This document shows positions 61,743 to 64,000 of a DNA stretch of 64,000 nt, piece by piece. Position 1 is the first letter of the stretch. Each line of letters begins with the position of its first letter. This DNA comes from an uncultured Blautia sp. GTDB lineage: Bacteria; Bacillota; Clostridia; Lachnospirales; Lachnospiraceae. The notes under the pieces were generated by a model, which had not been told where the DNA came from, made no database searches, and saw nothing but the letters and a program-made list of their open reading frames with translations. The DNA lies in contig URHH01000001.1 of assembly GCA_900547615.1 (NCBI GenBank), positions 2,296-66,295 of the forward strand, in the 5' to 3' direction. The position numbers were made by a program, and so were the translations under genes.

Positions 61743-62150
61743 TCAGCTCCTCTTTACAAACTTTGTATGGCATTTTGGACAGTCAATCTCTATTTTTCCC
61801 TTTCCTTTTGGAATCCTGATTTTCTGTCCGCAGCCCGGGCATGTATAAATATGATTTGTCTTACGCTCTGCCATCAGGCTTTTTTCTTTCTGAAAACGCA
61901 GGCGAAGCTTCGCTGTTCTTGCAAGAAACCACTGATTTTCCTCATATCTTTTCTGGATATTTCTGGAAAAAATTCGGAAATAAGTGTAAATAATGGCAGC
62001 AAGACCCAGTGTATCAAGAAGCGCTCCCATATTGCTTCTCCCTGTAAAAATAGAAAGCAGAACACACACAAACGCCGCTCCCATTGTAAATTTTGCCAGG
62101 TCGTCCACGCCATAGCGTCCCTGCATAAACCGGATAAACTTTTCTTTCAT
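61743..62150 (-). CDS. small membrane protein with C-terminal zinc-ribbon (CPGC...CPKC)
   Basis: Start chosen at MKEKFIRF (RBS AAGGAG). One TM helix plus CPGCGQKIRIPKGKGKIEIDCPKCH. Confidence 0.5.
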   Translation of the reverse strand: MKEKFIRFMQGRYGVDDLAKFTMGAAFVCVLLSIFTGRSNMGALLDTLGLAAIIYTYFRIFSRNIQKRYEENQWFLARTAKLRLRFQKEKSLMAERKTNHIYTCPGCGQKIRIPKGKGKIEIDCPKCHTKFVKRS

Positions 62151-62164
62151 TTCACTACTCCTTA

Positions 62165-62671
62165 CTATTCTCTTACAAGTACCTTTTCCACTTCTGCTAT
62201 GTACATTACATGGTAATCTTTTTCCGGATACCATTTTCCATCGTTTTCCTTCTCATCAAAGCACTGTGGTTTGATGTCGTCATGGTACATTTTTCTGCAT
62301 ACCATAATCATATCTGCCTCTTCAATTCCTGCTGTTCCGTCTGTGAAATAAGGAGTCAGACCTGCCTCTTTGATTTTGTCGATTCCCTTTCCACTGACAC
62401 GTCCACAGTAGCCAAGCTCCTGTCTGTATTTTTCCCCGAGAACAGAAATGGTAAAGCGCTCTTCTCTGTCTACAAATTCCTTTGTATAACGCTGCGGACG
62501 GATATACACAGTCACTGCGTTTTTTCCCCACATAACTCCCATTGCGCCCCAGCTTGCTGTCATTGTATTGCATTTTTCTTCGTTTCCCGCTGTAATAAGA
62601 AGCCATTCCTTTCCGATTTTTGTGAAAGGATTCATTGTCAGCTCTTCTGCTTTTACTTCTTTAAATCCCAT
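62165..62671 (-). CDS. flavin reductase-like (FMN-binding split-barrel) family protein
   Basis: 168 aa. NPFTKIGKEWLLITAG...NTMTASWG...VYIRPQRYTKEF matches the flavin reductase family pattern. Confidence 0.7.
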   Translation of the reverse strand: MGFKEVKAEELTMNPFTKIGKEWLLITAGNEEKCNTMTASWGAMGVMWGKNAVTVYIRPQRYTKEFVDREERFTISVLGEKYRQELGYCGRVSGKGIDKIKEAGLTPYFTDGTAGIEEADMIMVCRKMYHDDIKPQCFDEKENDGKWYPEKDYHVMYIAEVEKVLVRE

Positions 62672-62769
62672 TTTGTATTCCTCCTCTATGTTTCACTGCT
62701 TTATTGTCAAATTTAGGATATATTCTATCACAGTTGAGATGGATTTTCCAGTGATACACAGAAAGTTCA

Positions 62770-62875
62770 TATGTACAGTTCACGCAGACAGACAGATTGA
62801 TGAGCAAATTAGCTGCGCAGCAGCGAAAAAGCGCTGTAAGCGCGATTTGCGAATGGCGCGGGTGAACTGTACCTA
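62770..62875 (+). promoter_or_regulatory. structured 5' leader (candidate riboswitch-like element) upstream of the ECF S-component gene
   Basis: An 11-bp closing helix GTACAGTTCAC...GTGAACTGTAC encloses two internal hairpins (CAGCG-aaaaag-CGCTG; GCGC-tgtaa-GCGC). No class could be assigned. Confidence 0.3.
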
Positions 62876-62987
62876 TTAATTTAGAATCCACTCCTCTAAC
62901 TGTCCCTTTAAAAATACCGAAAATTGGATATTGAATAGTGTACAGTTTCTGTGTATGATAACGGTAACATTTAAGGAAAGGCAGTGA

Positions 62988-63596
62988 ATGATTATGAACA
63001 AACAAAATGCTACTATTATGAAACTGGCGGAAACTGCACTTCTTGCAGCCCTCTGCTTTGTATCCTTTACTTTTTTACAGATTAAAATCCCGATTCCCGG
63101 AGGAGACGCTACTTCTCTCCATATTGGAAATGCCTTTTGTGTAATGGGCGCTCTTCTTCTTGGCGGCTGGTATGGTGGGCTTGCTGGCGCGATTGGAATG
63201 ACAATTGCAGACTTAATGGATCCGGTTTATATTACTGTCGCACCAAAAACTTTTATACTGAAGCTTTGTATCGGACTGATAACCGGTCTTGTTGCCCACA
63301 AGATTGCGAAAATCAACGAAAACCAGGACAAAAAATACGTATTTAAATGGAGCGTGATTGCTTCTGTTGCAGGTCTCGGCTTTAATGTAATTGCCGATCC
63401 TGTTGTTGGATACTTCTACAAAAGACTGATCCTCGGACAGCCTCAGGAAATGGCAGATGTTCTTGCAAAAATGAGCGCTGCTGCTACCCTTGTAAATGCA
63501 GTCGTATCTGTTGTTCTTGTAGCTTTCCTCTACAATGCAGTACGCCCGGCATTTATCAGAATGCAGATTATACACGTGAAGCCGAAGCAGGCGTAA
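62988..63596 (+). CDS. ECF-transporter S-component-like membrane protein (vitamin/precursor substrate unknown)
   Basis: 202 aa, 5-6 TM helices, small hydrophobic protein typical of ECF S components. No adjacent ecfA/T genes in the window. Confidence 0.5.
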   Translation: MIMNKQNATIMKLAETALLAALCFVSFTFLQIKIPIPGGDATSLHIGNAFCVMGALLLGGWYGGLAGAIGMTIADLMDPVYITVAPKTFILKLCIGLITGLVAHKIAKINENQDKKYVFKWSVIASVAGLGFNVIADPVVGYFYKRLILGQPQEMADVLAKMSAAATLVNAVVSVVLVAFLYNAVRPAFIRMQIIHVKPKQA

Positions 63597-63603
63597 TCTA
63601 AAA

Positions 63604-63638
63604 AAGGAGAATGACGCAGCCGCCATTCTCCTTTTTTA
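63604..63638. terminator. bidirectional rho-independent terminator
   Basis: AAGGAGAATG-acgcagccgc-CATTCTCCTT is a perfect 10-bp stem, flanked by AAAAA and TTTTTT, between convergent genes. Confidence 0.6.
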
Positions 63639-63649
63639 TGTCTTTCCAT

Positions 63650-63955
63650 TTATTCTGTCGGATAAGTTTCTTCTGTTCCCTCCGGAATTTCTTCTGTTCC
63701 TTCTGTAGTCTGCTCTGCCGGCTCTTCTGTTGCTTCGCCGTTTTCTGCCGTCTCATCTGTAAAGGTTGTCTCTCCATAAAGATTCTCGAAAAATTTCAGA
63801 GTATCATGATAGAGAAGCTCTCTGTCCTCCTGCGCTACATCTGCAAGAATATCGGCTGCCGCCTCTTCCTCTGTTTTTTCCGGCTGCTCAATATTGAAAA
63901 TCTCTTTCAGTTTTTCATTCATCATATTCAGCTCAACACTGATATATTGTTCCAT
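63650..63955 (-). CDS. acidic hypothetical protein (possibly 5'-extended beyond the window end)
   Basis: The 101-aa ORF has an E/T-rich tail. The frame stays open upstream to the window end, so the true start may lie beyond 64000. Confidence 0.35.
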   Translation of the reverse strand: MEQYISVELNMMNEKLKEIFNIEQPEKTEEEAAADILADVAQEDRELLYHDTLKFFENLYGETTFTDETAENGEATEEPAEQTTEGTEEIPEGTEETYPTE

Positions 63956-64000
63956 TCCTGTCGGAATATAAGAACCTGTTCCCTCTGTCAGAATCTGATA

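Overview
This 64-kb chromosomal window looks like it comes from a low-GC, Gram-positive, strictly anaerobic fermenter (Clostridia, Lachnospiraceae-like gut bacterium), judging from gene content and codon usage. Almost every gene is on the minus strand and packed into long operons. No rRNA, tRNA, CRISPR array, transposase or integrase was seen.

Contents, from left to right:
- (1) 1-5137: the right-hand end of a glycyl-radical-enzyme bacterial microcompartment (BMC) locus. It holds a PduP-like CoA-acylating aldehyde dehydrogenase (truncated by the window edge), a class II fuculose-phosphate-like aldolase, a GRE activase and an 841-aa single-Cys GRE, most likely a B12-independent 1,2-propanediol dehydratase. 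Both the dehydrogenase and the aldolase carry amphipathic encapsulation-peptide-like termini.
- (2) 5427-7530: a divergent PHP phosphoesterase and a MATE efflux pump.
- (3) 7592-17534: a nine-gene operon that looks like a non-phosphorylative sugar/sugar-acid pathway, with a divergent IclR regulator. It encodes two DapA-family lyases, an enolase-superfamily dehydratase, an MBL-fold lactonase-like hydrolase, two Gfo/Idh/MocA dehydrogenases and a sugar ABC importer.
- (4) 17577-31958: a CdaR-regulated locus combining a GH13_18 sucrose-phosphorylase-family enzyme (probably glucosylglycerate phosphorylase), glycerate kinase, a GH63-like six-hairpin hydrolase, an SGNH esterase, a beta-helix protein, a URO-D-family protein, a full ABC importer and a D-lyxose/D-mannose-isomerase-like cupin. 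Two near-identical 16-bp palindromes sit in the two promoter regions.
- (5) 32127-32793: a minimal-nucleotidyltransferase/HEPN toxin-antitoxin pair.
- (6) 32856-37433: a giant secreted multi-domain GH2 beta-galactosidase.
- (7) 37726-41809: two paralogous cobalamin riboswitches in tandem. One precedes a small Cys-rich (PF04071-like) protein. The other precedes btuFCD-like corrinoid ABC transporter genes and has an intrinsic-terminator expression platform.
- (8) 41823-53671: a tight 13-gene operon mdh-like / hdrB-hdrC-hdrA / flxD-C-B-A / frdB-like-frdA-like / fumA-fumB / DUF1275. It fuses an Hdr-Flx flavin-based electron-bifurcation module to a soluble fumarate reductase and the reductive TCA branch. 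This is the most unusual feature of the window.
- (9) 53942-58932: three NlpC/P60-type cell-wall hydrolases, two of them tandem paralogs with cell-wall-binding repeats.
- (10) 59191-63955: ddh, a J-domain protein, small membrane and hypothetical proteins, a flavin-reductase-like protein, and an ECF S-component gene with a structured leader.
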